A stretch of DNA of 64,000 nucleotides, from the IMG/VR virus record IMGVR_UViG_2816332268_000002, positions 1 through 64,000 of that record; one strand, written 5' to 3'. Both the position numbers and the translations under genes were made by a program. Shown here piece by piece: positions 55,881 through 64,000 of this stretch (its first letter is position 1; every line of letters starts with the position of its first letter). The notes below the pieces were generated by a model, which had not been told where the DNA came from, did not search any database, and was given only the letters and a program-made list of their open reading frames with translations. The DNA comes from a virus (taxonomy: Duplodnaviria > Caudoviricetes).

Positions 55881-56264
55881 ATGACCCCCGAGCAAGCTCG
55901 CCAAGAACAGATCAACGCCGGCCGCCGAATGATTACGCTCGAGCATCGCACGCTCGAAAGCCGCACGGGCAGTGTCGCTCGTCCGCAGTATGGGGAACAG
56001 CGCCCGCGTGCCACCGCACGCCCGCCGAAGGGTCACGATGCCATCCTCAAGGCGATGCAGGAAGAACGTCAGCTCGCCACGATCATCACTACGGGTGACG
56101 TCACGTTCGAAGGGCTGGTGACCGGCCGCGACAAATATACGATCACGCTGCTGACCAAGCATCCGAAGGACTCGACGCGTCTGATTCGTCGCGTGTTCTA
56201 CAAGCATGCGATCGAACAGTTCTTCGGCGTGCCCCAGGACAGCGATACGTCGGCGGTGCAGTGA
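55881..56264 (+). CDS. hfq: Hfq-like Sm-fold RNA chaperone
   Basis: HDAILKAMQEERQLATI...FEGLVTGRDKYTITL...VFYKHAI aligns by eye to Hfq Sm1/Sm2 (YKHAI). Confidence 0.8.
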   Translation: MTPEQARQEQINAGRRMITLEHRTLESRTGSVARPQYGEQRPRATARPPKGHDAILKAMQEERQLATIITTGDVTFEGLVTGRDKYTITLLTKHPKDSTRLIRRVFYKHAIEQFFGVPQDSDTSAVQ

Positions 56265-57661
56265 TGAGCGTGGTGGCATTGTCAGCAGTGCCGTCGACGA
56301 CGCCGGCCGCAGAAGCGGCCGAGCCGCCGATGAGCAAGTTCCAGTTCGACGGTGACTTTCAGTCGCGTATTGCGGCCCTTACCCTGCGTGACACGTCCTT
56401 CAACCAGATGGTCGATGGGCTGGTCGAGCCGGGGCATTTCGAGTCTGAGATCGAGTCCTATCTTGTCAGCGTCGCGCTGCGCTACTGGAGCAAGTATCGC
56501 AAGGCACCGGCAAACATCGGCATCTACGCAATGCTATTGCGGGAAGACCTGGACGCCAAAGTGCTACCGAAAGCGCTCGGCGTTGCGGCGATCGCTCACC
56601 TGAAGAATCTGTTCGAGACGGACATTTCCGACCGCGACTTCGTGGTCGATCAGGTTGCGACGTTCGCTCGGCATCAGGCCATGCAGGCTGCGATGTTCAA
56701 GGCGATCCCGAAGCTCGACCGCAACGATTTCGACGGCATTTCGAAGCTCATGCAGACGGCGCTGAACGTCGGCGCGAACGCAGAGGGGGACACCTACGAT
56801 TTTGCGGCGTCGATTGACAACCGCACCGGCATCCGTCTGGAGCGCGCGTCGGGCAAGCTGCCGCCGCAAGGCATCACGACCGGCTACCGGGTGATCGACG
56901 ATCTGCTCTATCACCGCGGCTGGGGCCGCAAAGAGCTGTCGGTGCTACTGGGCGCTGCGAAGGCGGGCAAGACGACCGCGCTGATCGACTTCGGCATCGG
57001 TGCTTGGGCCGCCGGCCACAACGTCTACTACGCGTCGTGTGAAGTCTCGCGGGAGGTGATCTCCGACCGGATGGACGCCAACATCGCCGAGCAGGCAATG
57101 ATGGAGCTCGGGGCGCACACGCACGAAGTCCGCGACAAGGTTCGCCTGTTCGCAGACCGCGCGCGGCGCGCCGACGGCACGAACGCGAAGTTCATGATCG
57201 ACGAGTTCCCGACCGGCTCGCTGAAGGTGTCGGAGCTTCGTCGGCGTCTCGAGCGGTTCAAGCAGCAGGGCATCGTTTTCGATCTGGTCATCGTCGACTA
57301 CGCCGACATCATGTCGCCGGAGCGAGTCACGGACTCCGCGATCGAGAATTCCAAGTCGGTCTACGTTGACCTGCGCGGGTTGGCGATTCGAGAAGGGCTC
57401 GCAGTGCTGACCGCAACGCAGTCGAACCGGATCGGCGCGAACGCGAACGTCATCAAGGCCGAGCACGTCGCTGAAGACTTCAACAAGGTCCGTATCGCAG
57501 ACATCATCATTTCGATCAACCGCACCGAAGAAGAGCGCGCAGCGGGCCGGGCTCGGCTGTATTTCGCAGCGTCGCGAAACCAAGGCGGGGAATTCACGAT
57601 TGAGATCGAGCAGGCGATGGACCGGATGAAGTTCATTACCAAGGTGCTCGGCTTCGCATAA
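56261..57661 (+). CDS. dnaB: Replicative DnaB-like helicase
   Basis: GITTGY, GAAKAGKT, IVDYAD, TATQSNR. Confidence 0.92.
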   Translation: MMSVVALSAVPSTTPAAEAAEPPMSKFQFDGDFQSRIAALTLRDTSFNQMVDGLVEPGHFESEIESYLVSVALRYWSKYRKAPANIGIYAMLLREDLDAKVLPKALGVAAIAHLKNLFETDISDRDFVVDQVATFARHQAMQAAMFKAIPKLDRNDFDGISKLMQTALNVGANAEGDTYDFAASIDNRTGIRLERASGKLPPQGITTGYRVIDDLLYHRGWGRKELSVLLGAAKAGKTTALIDFGIGAWAAGHNVYYASCEVSREVISDRMDANIAEQAMMELGAHTHEVRDKVRLFADRARRADGTNAKFMIDEFPTGSLKVSELRRRLERFKQQGIVFDLVIVDYADIMSPERVTDSAIENSKSVYVDLRGLAIREGLAVLTATQSNRIGANANVIKAEHVAEDFNKVRIADIIISINRTEEERAAGRARLYFAASRNQGGEFTIEIEQAMDRMKFITKVLGFA

Positions 57662-57670
57662 GGAGCAACA

Positions 57671-58774
57671 ATGGCGACTGACGATCTGTCAGAGCTGCTG
57701 GATACCATCGATATGCCCTCGTGGATGGATCGCGAGGGCATTTCTTATCGGCTCACGCACGGCCGATCGGGCCAGCAAATCAACGTGCGGGAATGCCCGA
57801 CGTGCGGCAACTCCGACTGGAAGGTCTACGTCAACGCCGACACCGGCGTCGGCAACTGCTTCGCCGGCTCGCACCCGGTCGAAGAGCGGATCTTCACCAA
57901 ATACCGGTTCATTCGCGACCATCTGGGTCGGCCGCACGGTTCGAAAGTCATCGAGCACATCAGGGCATACGCGCGCGAACAGGGCTGGCGGCCGGCGCGA
58001 CGTCAATCCGTCGAGGTCGAGAAGCATGTCGGCTGGGAGCTGCCGCAGCACATCGACCTACCTCATGAGGGGCGCAACCTCGCCTATCTCGAGAACCGCG
58101 GCATCACTGCGGACCTGTCTGCGTATTTTCACCTCGCCTACTGCCCGCGCGGTGCGCACTTCCGGTATCCGGCCGAGCGTGGTTGGGCCTACCAGGACTA
58201 CAGCGCACGCGTGCTGATCCCGGTGTTCGACATGGATGGGAAGCTCGCGACATTTCAGGGGCGCGACGTGACCGGCCATGCCGAGAAGAAGTATCTCTTC
58301 CCGCCGGGCATCGATGGATCGGGCGTGCATCTGTTCAACGGGCTCAACGTCCACGACACGAAGCGCATAGCGGTAGGTGAGGGCGCGTTCGACGTAGCGG
58401 CGATCAAGATCGCGCTCGACGCGGATCCGCAACTGCGCGACGTGGTTCCGGTGGGCACGTTCGGCAAGCACCTGTCGTCGGGCAGCGATAACAGTCAGCT
58501 CGCGAAGTTCATGTTGCTCAGGGAGCGCGGCGTCGAGGAGGTGACCTTCATGTGGGATGGGGAAGTTCAGGCGACCGACGACGCGGTCGAGGCCGGATTG
58601 ATGCTGCGCCAGCACGGGTTTCGCGTGCGTATCGCAATGCTTCCGCCCGAGAAAGATCCGAACGAGGTGCCTGCCGAGGTGGTGCGGCGCGCGTTCTATG
58701 GGGCGACGCTGCTGAACGGGGTGTCAGCGATGCAGCTCCGAATGAGTCGTCGTATTATGAATTCAAGTAAGTAA
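57671..58774 (+). CDS. DNA primase (Zn finger plus TOPRIM)
   Basis: ECPTCG..C, FQGRD, KKY, GEGAFD, MWDGE, KDPNE. Confidence 0.9.
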   Translation: MATDDLSELLDTIDMPSWMDREGISYRLTHGRSGQQINVRECPTCGNSDWKVYVNADTGVGNCFAGSHPVEERIFTKYRFIRDHLGRPHGSKVIEHIRAYAREQGWRPARRQSVEVEKHVGWELPQHIDLPHEGRNLAYLENRGITADLSAYFHLAYCPRGAHFRYPAERGWAYQDYSARVLIPVFDMDGKLATFQGRDVTGHAEKKYLFPPGIDGSGVHLFNGLNVHDTKRIAVGEGAFDVAAIKIALDADPQLRDVVPVGTFGKHLSSGSDNSQLAKFMLLRERGVEEVTFMWDGEVQATDDAVEAGLMLRQHGFRVRIAMLPPEKDPNEVPAEVVRRAFYGATLLNGVSAMQLRMSRRIMNSSK

Positions 58775-58785
58775 GCAATGACTAT
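58768..58785. promoter_or_regulatory. Operator overlapping TATAAT
   Basis: TAAGTAA-GCAA-TGACTAT. Confidence 0.8.
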
Positions 58786-58815
58786 AATTCAGGTATCAGC
58801 AATTTCGGAGGTGTC

Positions 58816-59283
58816 ATGAAGCTACGGCGCAGCTTTTCCCAGCACGAGCTCGGCACGAAGGCATATCAGGTCATCGAGGTGGAGATCGATGACAAGTTCG
58901 CCGTCGTCAATCAATACGGCAAATTCAATCCTGGCGACTCGATAGAGGGGTGGAGCGCGAAGGTAGATCTGAGTGGGCCGTATTCGTGGACTAAGTCGCG
59001 CGATCTGCAGGACAAGAAGATCAACGAGAAGCGGCGGCGCGGCTACAAGGAGTGGGATGCGTCCGAATTGTCGTTTGGTTCGGAGCGCGAGCTGATGGAC
59101 GCGTTGAAGCGCCTCATCGGGCCATTCAAGGCCGAAGCAGTCCGGCAGCTTCTCGTCGGCGGGGCTTCCCGCGCGGTTTCCGATGACTCGCCAGTGGGCG
59201 CTCCCGAAAATGACACCAAGGGCAGCAAGAAAGTGCCCGCACCGCGAACCGAAGAATCGACGCCCGAATGGGCCACTTGGTAG
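58816..59283 (+). CDS. WGR-like domain protein
   Basis: TKAYQV...VNQYGK...KKINEKRRRGY; GGAGG RBS. Confidence 0.55.
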   Translation: MKLRRSFSQHELGTKAYQVIEVEIDDKFAVVNQYGKFNPGDSIEGWSAKVDLSGPYSWTKSRDLQDKKINEKRRRGYKEWDASELSFGSERELMDALKRLIGPFKAEAVRQLLVGGASRAVSDDSPVGAPENDTKGSKKVPAPRTEESTPEWATW

Positions 59284-59292
59284 GAGAAGGTA

Positions 59293-59946
59293 ATGACCGA
59301 ACAAGCAACGGCGCCCGCAGTCATGCCGCCGGCCACCTCTGCTGACGGCAAGCGCAATGCGTTCTACACGGACTGTCTGAGCCTGAAGGTGAAGAAGCCG
59401 TATGCGGCGTGTCAGCACATCGCGGATCACGCGAATGACGCGTCGATTCAGGCGATCTACGGCGACTGCCTGACCGAGATTCGCCAGTGCCGCTGCACTG
59501 CGCTCGACATGCGTCAGAAGGAGCAGCTGGAGGGGCGCGCGATCTACTTCATTGAGCGAGTGAAGGGCGAAGCGATCGTCGCGCATCAGCAGCAGGCATG
59601 GGTGTCGCCGCTGTCGACAAAGCGCTCCCGCACGCAGCGAAGCGCTGTGCCGGCGCCCGTATCGAAGCCCGCTGACATCCTGACTCAGCCGGCGATCGGC
59701 ATCGACATTCATGCGGCCGTGCTCAACCGGATGGTGGCGCAACGCTCGCAGCCGATTGCCGAAGCAGTAAACGCAACTAACGGTCAGATTGCGCCGACCC
59801 ATACACCCGCCGCTATCGCGGCGGCCGAAACCCCTGCCGCCACGAACGGGGCGCTTCCCAAGCTCGTTATCCGAGCAGGCGAGTCGCCGTTCGAGGCGAT
59901 CCAGCGCATGAAGCGCGAGCGTCAAAACCAACAGGCCCACGCATGA
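59293..59946 (+). CDS. Cys-containing hypothetical protein
   Basis: AGGAG RBS; YAAC...C...C.C.AL.MR. Confidence 0.7.
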   Translation: MTEQATAPAVMPPATSADGKRNAFYTDCLSLKVKKPYAACQHIADHANDASIQAIYGDCLTEIRQCRCTALDMRQKEQLEGRAIYFIERVKGEAIVAHQQQAWVSPLSTKRSRTQRSAVPAPVSKPADILTQPAIGIDIHAAVLNRMVAQRSQPIAEAVNATNGQIAPTHTPAAIAAAETPAATNGALPKLVIRAGESPFEAIQRMKRERQNQQAHA

Positions 59947-60223
59947 GCGACCCATCTACAAGCCGATCGAGCAGGTTGCGATCGGCCAGCAATTCATCGA
60001 CCTCGATACGCGCGCTCGCATGCTGCGCATCGGCAACATCATGTCGGGCCACCGGCCGTCGCTCGCTGAAGAATTCCAGCGTCAGGAGCTGCACAGCGTC
60101 GCGCTCGAGCCCGGAAAGCTGCTGGATGGCCGGCCGTTCCCGGCCGGCCAGGTCTTCACGATGCGTCGCAACGAGGCGGTGGAGGTCATCAACATCGAAC
60201 CCGAACATCACACAAAAGGATAA
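59943..60223 (+). pseudogene. Small ORF with apparent 1-nt deletion (or sequencing error) in C-run at ~59951
   Basis: Adding one C gives MSDPIYKPIEQVAIGQQF... in frame with the 60020-60223 ORF. Confidence 0.55.
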
Positions 60224-60238
60224 GTCACGAATGACTCA
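60221..60238. promoter_or_regulatory. Operator overlapping ligase start
   Basis: TAAGTCA-CGAA-TGACTCA. Confidence 0.7.
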
Positions 60239-61631
60239 CATGAACTCCGACCAAGCTTTCGCGGCGATCGAGAACATCGCAGCCACCTCCAGCAAGAACG
60301 ACAAGCAGGCGATGGTGAAGCAGTTCCTCGCGTTCGACACGTTCAAGCGCGTGCTCGTCGCAGCGCTCGACCCGCTGACCACCTACGGCATGACGCAGGT
60401 TCCCGGCCCGATCGAGAACGCGGCGCCCGGTGCGAACACGTTCGAGAACGCGCCGGTCTGGGACTGCCTGGACAAGATGGCGAAGCGCGAGCTCACCGGC
60501 AACGCGGCCCGCGACGAGGTGCAACGCCTCATGACGTTCCTGACGCCCAGCTCGGCCGAACTGTTCAAGCGGATCATTCGCAAGGATCTGCGCGCCGGCT
60601 TCTCCGAGTCGACGGTCAACAAGGCATGGAAGGGGCTGATTCCCGAATTCCCCTACATGCGTTGCGCGCTGCTGAAGGACGCGAAGCTCGATGCGTGGAC
60701 GTGGGGCGAGGGCGTTATCTCGCAGGAGAAGGCAGACGGCATGTTCATGAATGTCGACCACGAGACGGGCGGGGTGGTTCGCATCACCAGTCGCCAGGGC
60801 TCGCCGTTCCCTCTCGAGGCATTCGGTGGTTTCGTTGACCACGTCCGCGCCTTGTTCCCGGCCGGCACGCAGACGCACGGTGAAATGCTGGTGCTCGTCG
60901 ACGGCGCGATCGCCCCGCGCGAAATCAGCAACGGCATCCTGAACCGCATTTCCGCGGGCGGCGAGTTCGAAGCCAACGAAGTGCCCCGGTTCTTCGCATG
61001 GGATCAAATCCCGCTGAGCGTCGTCGCGCCGAAGGGCAAATACGAAGTCGGCTACTGCGAACGCATCAAGGCGCTGCTGCTCGGGCTGGCGGCCGGCGCA
61101 CGCGCGCTGCCGGGAATCGACCCGATGATTCAGCATATTCCGACTCGCATCGTGCATTCGCTCGAGGAGGCGCTCGCCCACTACCGCGAGCTCCTGGCGC
61201 AAGGCAAGGAAGGCACGATCATCAAGAACGGCAACGCGATCTGGAAGGACGGCACGAGCAAGGAGCAGATCAAGCTCAAGCTTGAGGTGGACGTCGACCT
61301 TAAGTGCATCGCGATCGTGGACGGCCGCACCGGCACGAAGAACGAGGGCCGTGCCGGTTCGCTGACCTGCACGTCGTCCTGCGGTCAGCTTCAAGTCGAC
61401 GTGACCGTGAAGAACGAGGCGCTGCGCGACTCGATCGACGCGAACCCGAACGACTTCATCGGCCGCATCTTCGCGGTGCGCGCGAACTCGATCATGAAGC
61501 CGTCCGAGAGCAACGCGTTGCACTCGCTGTTCCTCCCGCGCATGGTCGAGGCGAGCTATCGGATCGACAAGACCGAAGCCGACGACCTGGCCCGCGTCGA
61601 GCATCAGTTCGCATCGGCGGTGGCGGCATGA
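60231..61631 (+). CDS. ATP-dependent DNA ligase
   Basis: QEKADG (KxDG), HGEM, EGTIIK, IKLK, SLFLPR. Confidence 0.93.
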   Translation: MTHMNSDQAFAAIENIAATSSKNDKQAMVKQFLAFDTFKRVLVAALDPLTTYGMTQVPGPIENAAPGANTFENAPVWDCLDKMAKRELTGNAARDEVQRLMTFLTPSSAELFKRIIRKDLRAGFSESTVNKAWKGLIPEFPYMRCALLKDAKLDAWTWGEGVISQEKADGMFMNVDHETGGVVRITSRQGSPFPLEAFGGFVDHVRALFPAGTQTHGEMLVLVDGAIAPREISNGILNRISAGGEFEANEVPRFFAWDQIPLSVVAPKGKYEVGYCERIKALLLGLAAGARALPGIDPMIQHIPTRIVHSLEEALAHYRELLAQGKEGTIIKNGNAIWKDGTSKEQIKLKLEVDVDLKCIAIVDGRTGTKNEGRAGSLTCTSSCGQLQVDVTVKNEALRDSIDANPNDFIGRIFAVRANSIMKPSESNALHSLFLPRMVEASYRIDKTEADDLARVEHQFASAVAA

Positions 61632-61834
61632 GCGCGCAACTAACCGGAAAGCTGTTGAGCACCGTCGCTGAGCTGAAGGAGGCGATCAAGGACTTGCCGG
61701 ACGACATGCAGGTCGCGACGGTGATGTCGTCCGGCGTCATCATCCCGATCGGGCTTTCGATCGCTCGGCGAGGGAAGAGCAACAAGAACTACACCGTGAC
61801 GCGCGGCGGCGTCGAAATCCTCTGCATCCGGTAA
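61628..61834 (+). CDS. Hypothetical protein
   Basis: ATGA coupling; TVAELKEAIKDLPDDMQV. Confidence 0.6.
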   Translation: MSAQLTGKLLSTVAELKEAIKDLPDDMQVATVMSSGVIIPIGLSIARRGKSNKNYTVTRGGVEILCIR

Positions 61835-61843
61835 AGGCCCGAC

Positions 61844-62050
61844 ATGAAAACCATCACGCTCAACGAGATCCGCGCGGCGTCGCCGTTCCCGTGGGTCACG
61901 CAGGTCAACTTCAACGGCATGGGTGGCGTTCGCATGCTCGATGCAACCGGCAAGGAAGTCCCGCTGCTGAACATCACGGCGCTGGCTGGAATTCTGACCA
62001 CAACGCTCGCGGCCGCGCCAGCGACCGCCCAAGCGGAGGGCGTCTCATGA
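61844..62050 (+). CDS. Hypothetical protein
   Basis: Continues the operon. Confidence 0.6.
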   Translation: MKTITLNEIRAASPFPWVTQVNFNGMGGVRMLDATGKEVPLLNITALAGILTTTLAAAPATAQAEGVS

Positions 62051-62391
62051 GGATGATCGAGCAGTGGCTCGTGCGGCTGGGGTTGATCGACCCGACGGTT
62101 AAAGCCCTCGCCGACCTGATGCGCGACGACCCCGACACGTTCACCGAGCATCACGAGCATGACTGGCGAACCGCGTGGCTGCTGCACCGATCGCGCGTGT
62201 TCTCGGTGATCTGCCATGCCCCGCGCGGGCGCAGTCCGCTTCCGCAATTCCGGGTGGCGAGCAAGAGAGGGTGGGAGTTCGCTGCCCACCTCAGCATCCT
62301 GAATCGCGTGCTCTTGACGCTGTCGTGGCCGAAGCACCTCAGGCCGAAGCGCATCAAGCATGACGAGCAGCACGGGCAGCGATTCGCGTAA
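62047..62391 (+). CDS. Hypothetical protein
   Basis: GGAGG RBS, ATGA coupling. Confidence 0.55.
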   Translation: MRMIEQWLVRLGLIDPTVKALADLMRDDPDTFTEHHEHDWRTAWLLHRSRVFSVICHAPRGRSPLPQFRVASKRGWEFAAHLSILNRVLLTLSWPKHLRPKRIKHDEQHGQRFA

Positions 62392-62412
62392 CACCGCCTT
62401 ACCTGTCATAAC

Positions 62413-62436
62413 AAAGCCCGCAATTGCGGGCTTTTT
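62413..62436 (+). terminator. Rho-independent terminator
   Basis: AAAGCCCGCAATTGCGGGCTTTTT. Confidence 0.85.
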
Positions 62437-62500
62437 CATGCAGGCGATCGACACCGGGTAAACCACGCCCGTATCATGTGCGGAATTTTTGGAGAAGCAC

Positions 62501-62896
62501 ATGAACAACAAGCACTTCACTCTCGGCGATCTGCGCGTCATGCTCGCCCCGCTCAGCATCGCGCGCCGCAGCGCTGTTCTTTTCGCGCTCGATACTCACA
62601 CCTCGATCGAAGACTCCGTCCTGCTCGGATGGAAAGAAGCGCTCCGCAGGAACTACAGCGAGTTCGCCAAGGAGATCGTGCGTGCGCAACCGCGTCACCT
62701 GCACTTGGACTACGTGTTTTGGGAATACCTCGACAATGGTGTCGCAGCGCCGTTGTTCGCGCTAGAAGATAGTGTGAAGTCGGTAGCGCTTGGTCGCAAC
62801 TTCGCTGAGTTACAGGCGCTCTACGATCGCATGGTGTGGATCGATACGCGCGCCGAAGCCGACGACTTCAAACGAGTTCTAAGCGAGGTGATGTGA
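62501..62896 (+). CDS. Hypothetical protein
   Basis: GGAG RBS; QPRHLHLDYVFWE. Confidence 0.7.
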   Translation: MNNKHFTLGDLRVMLAPLSIARRSAVLFALDTHTSIEDSVLLGWKEALRRNYSEFAKEIVRAQPRHLHLDYVFWEYLDNGVAAPLFALEDSVKSVALGRNFAELQALYDRMVWIDTRAEADDFKRVLSEVM

Positions 62897-63351
62897 GCGA
62901 GAGATTTGTGTTCTGGATCGATTGGGGAGGGTGGTTCCTATCGAATGTAATTGTCGGTGCCTTTGCGCCACTTATCCTTCTCTGGGTCATCAAGTTCGGT
63001 CGCGCCATTGTGCACTCGACAACGTCGACCGACACCTTCGCGCCGTTTCGCGACGGTCAGTTGGGGTTCGTTGCGCTGGGTTGGGCCGCTGGCGCAGAAG
63101 CTGAAATCTTTAAATGGGCTGCGAGCGGACACTTGGCATTCTGGGAGCTTTGGGTCGGTCTGCTGATTCTGATCCCGGCCGGTGTCGGCGCGCTCGTCGC
63201 AGGCCTGGGTTCGATCGCAACATCCCACACGCCACCGCCGGCAGCTTCGGTGTGGGCTTGGATGCGGACCTACCTGGCGTTCACCGCGTCGGTGGTCGCG
63301 TGCGTGGTAGTATTAGTGATGGCTGCCGCAGTGCATTACGCTGCGAACTGA
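62893..63351 (+). CDS. Four-TM membrane protein
   Basis: GAGGTG RBS, GTGA coupling, four hydrophobic stretches. Confidence 0.65.
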   Translation: MSERFVFWIDWGGWFLSNVIVGAFAPLILLWVIKFGRAIVHSTTSTDTFAPFRDGQLGFVALGWAAGAEAEIFKWAASGHLAFWELWVGLLILIPAGVGALVAGLGSIATSHTPPPAASVWAWMRTYLAFTASVVACVVVLVMAAAVHYAAN

Positions 63352-63360
63352 GGAGGGAGT

Positions 63361-63507
63361 ATGCAATTCCTGCAACAACATCGTCTGGACGATCCGCATA
63401 CGCTTCAGGCAAACCAGGAGCTTCTGCGTAAGGTCGCGAAGTTCGGCAGTGCCGTCTCATTGCTCGCCATGTTCGCGGCTGTGGCAATCATCCTGTTTGC
63501 GCGTTGA
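63361..63507 (+). CDS. 48-aa single-TM peptide
   Basis: AGGAGG RBS; hydrophobic C-terminus. Confidence 0.5.
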   Translation: MQFLQQHRLDDPHTLQANQELLRKVAKFGSAVSLLAMFAAVAIILFAR

Positions 63508-63532
63508 TAGTTTAAGCCGCTACGTCGTATCG

Positions 63533-63562
63533 AAAAAAGCCCGCCACTGTGCGGGCTTTTTT
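63533..63562. terminator. Bidirectional rho-independent terminator
   Basis: AAAAAAGCCCGC-cactgt-GCGGGCTTTTTT. Confidence 0.85.
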
Positions 63563-63638
63563 GTTTTCGTTAGGCGATCGACGAAGGCGAGGACACAGCG
63601 CAAAAGAAACCCCGCGCTCGGCGGGGGCTCGGCGGGGC

Positions 63639-64000
63639 TTACGAAGTCGTCTTCTGTGTCGAGCCCGGAGCCTTCTTCGGGACAGGTCCGCGTTTCACTT
63701 CTTTGCTCGCTAGATCAAGGCGCTCCTTGTTGCGTTCCGCGAACGAGCGAAACGCCTTGCCAAGATCATCGATAAGTTCTTGGTCAGCGAAATCAAGGTT
63801 CATCACGCCAAGTTCCGAGCGAGCATACTCAACAAGGGCAAATTCCGAACGTGTGATCGTCGAATTCCTGCCGATGATGTCTTCCAGGATCTCCCAAACT
63901 TCCGGAGTCTTTTCAATCATCACCATGCGGAGCAGGTGGACGGGATCGATGCCCAACGACTTTGCAAGCAGCTTGACCTTGTTGAGCGGAACCTGCGTGC
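63639..64000 (-). CDS. XRE-family HTH regulator (5' end outside window)
   Basis: Frame open to the edge: TQVPLNKVKLLAKSLGIDPVHLLRM. Confidence 0.7.
   Translation of the reverse strand, partial: TQVPLNKVKLLAKSLGIDPVHLLRMVMIEKTPEVWEILEDIIGRNSTITRSEFALVEYARSELGVMNLDFADQELIDDLGKAFRSFAERNKERLDLASKEVKRGPVPKKAPGSTQKTTS

Larger units (their letters stand above)
2480..64000. mobile_element. Large temperate siphovirus, SSU5/pHCM2-like phage-plasmid organisation (boundaries outside window or uncertain)
   Basis: Complete head, tail and lysis modules plus own helicase, primase and ligase; ParB-ABC-GNAT-terminase synteny; no integrase in window. Confidence 0.75.

Overview
High-GC (Burkholderia-like codon usage) 64 kb segment of a large temperate siphovirus. 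Its gene order resembles SSU5/pHCM2-type plasmid prophages (phage-plasmids): SF2 helicase; ParB-N x2, ABC ATPase and GNAT; terS/terL, portal, scaffold, capsid; lambda-like tail; lysis; DnaB, primase and ATP-dependent ligase; XRE HTH. No integrase, rRNA, tRNA or CRISPR array was seen. The window opens with a five-gene T6SS effector cassette (PAAR, DUF4123, co-chaperone, Tox-REase-5, Imm52), a LexA-boxed SRAP locus and an accessory region carrying a KAP NTPase, a Rap1a-like protein and YoeB with an atypical antitoxin. Best candidate systems: (1) an 18-bp palindromic operator TAARTCA-N4-TGAYTTA found about 18 times at operon heads across the window; (2) a ParB/ParB/ABC-ATPase/thioredoxin/GNAT operon beside the terminase, a candidate packaging-linked DNA modification system with an embedded Tad2-like (DUF2829) anti-defence gene; (3) a phage-encoded Hfq paralog coupled to dnaB; (4) the T6SS weapon and immunity cargo. 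All family calls come from motif recognition by eye; no searches were run.
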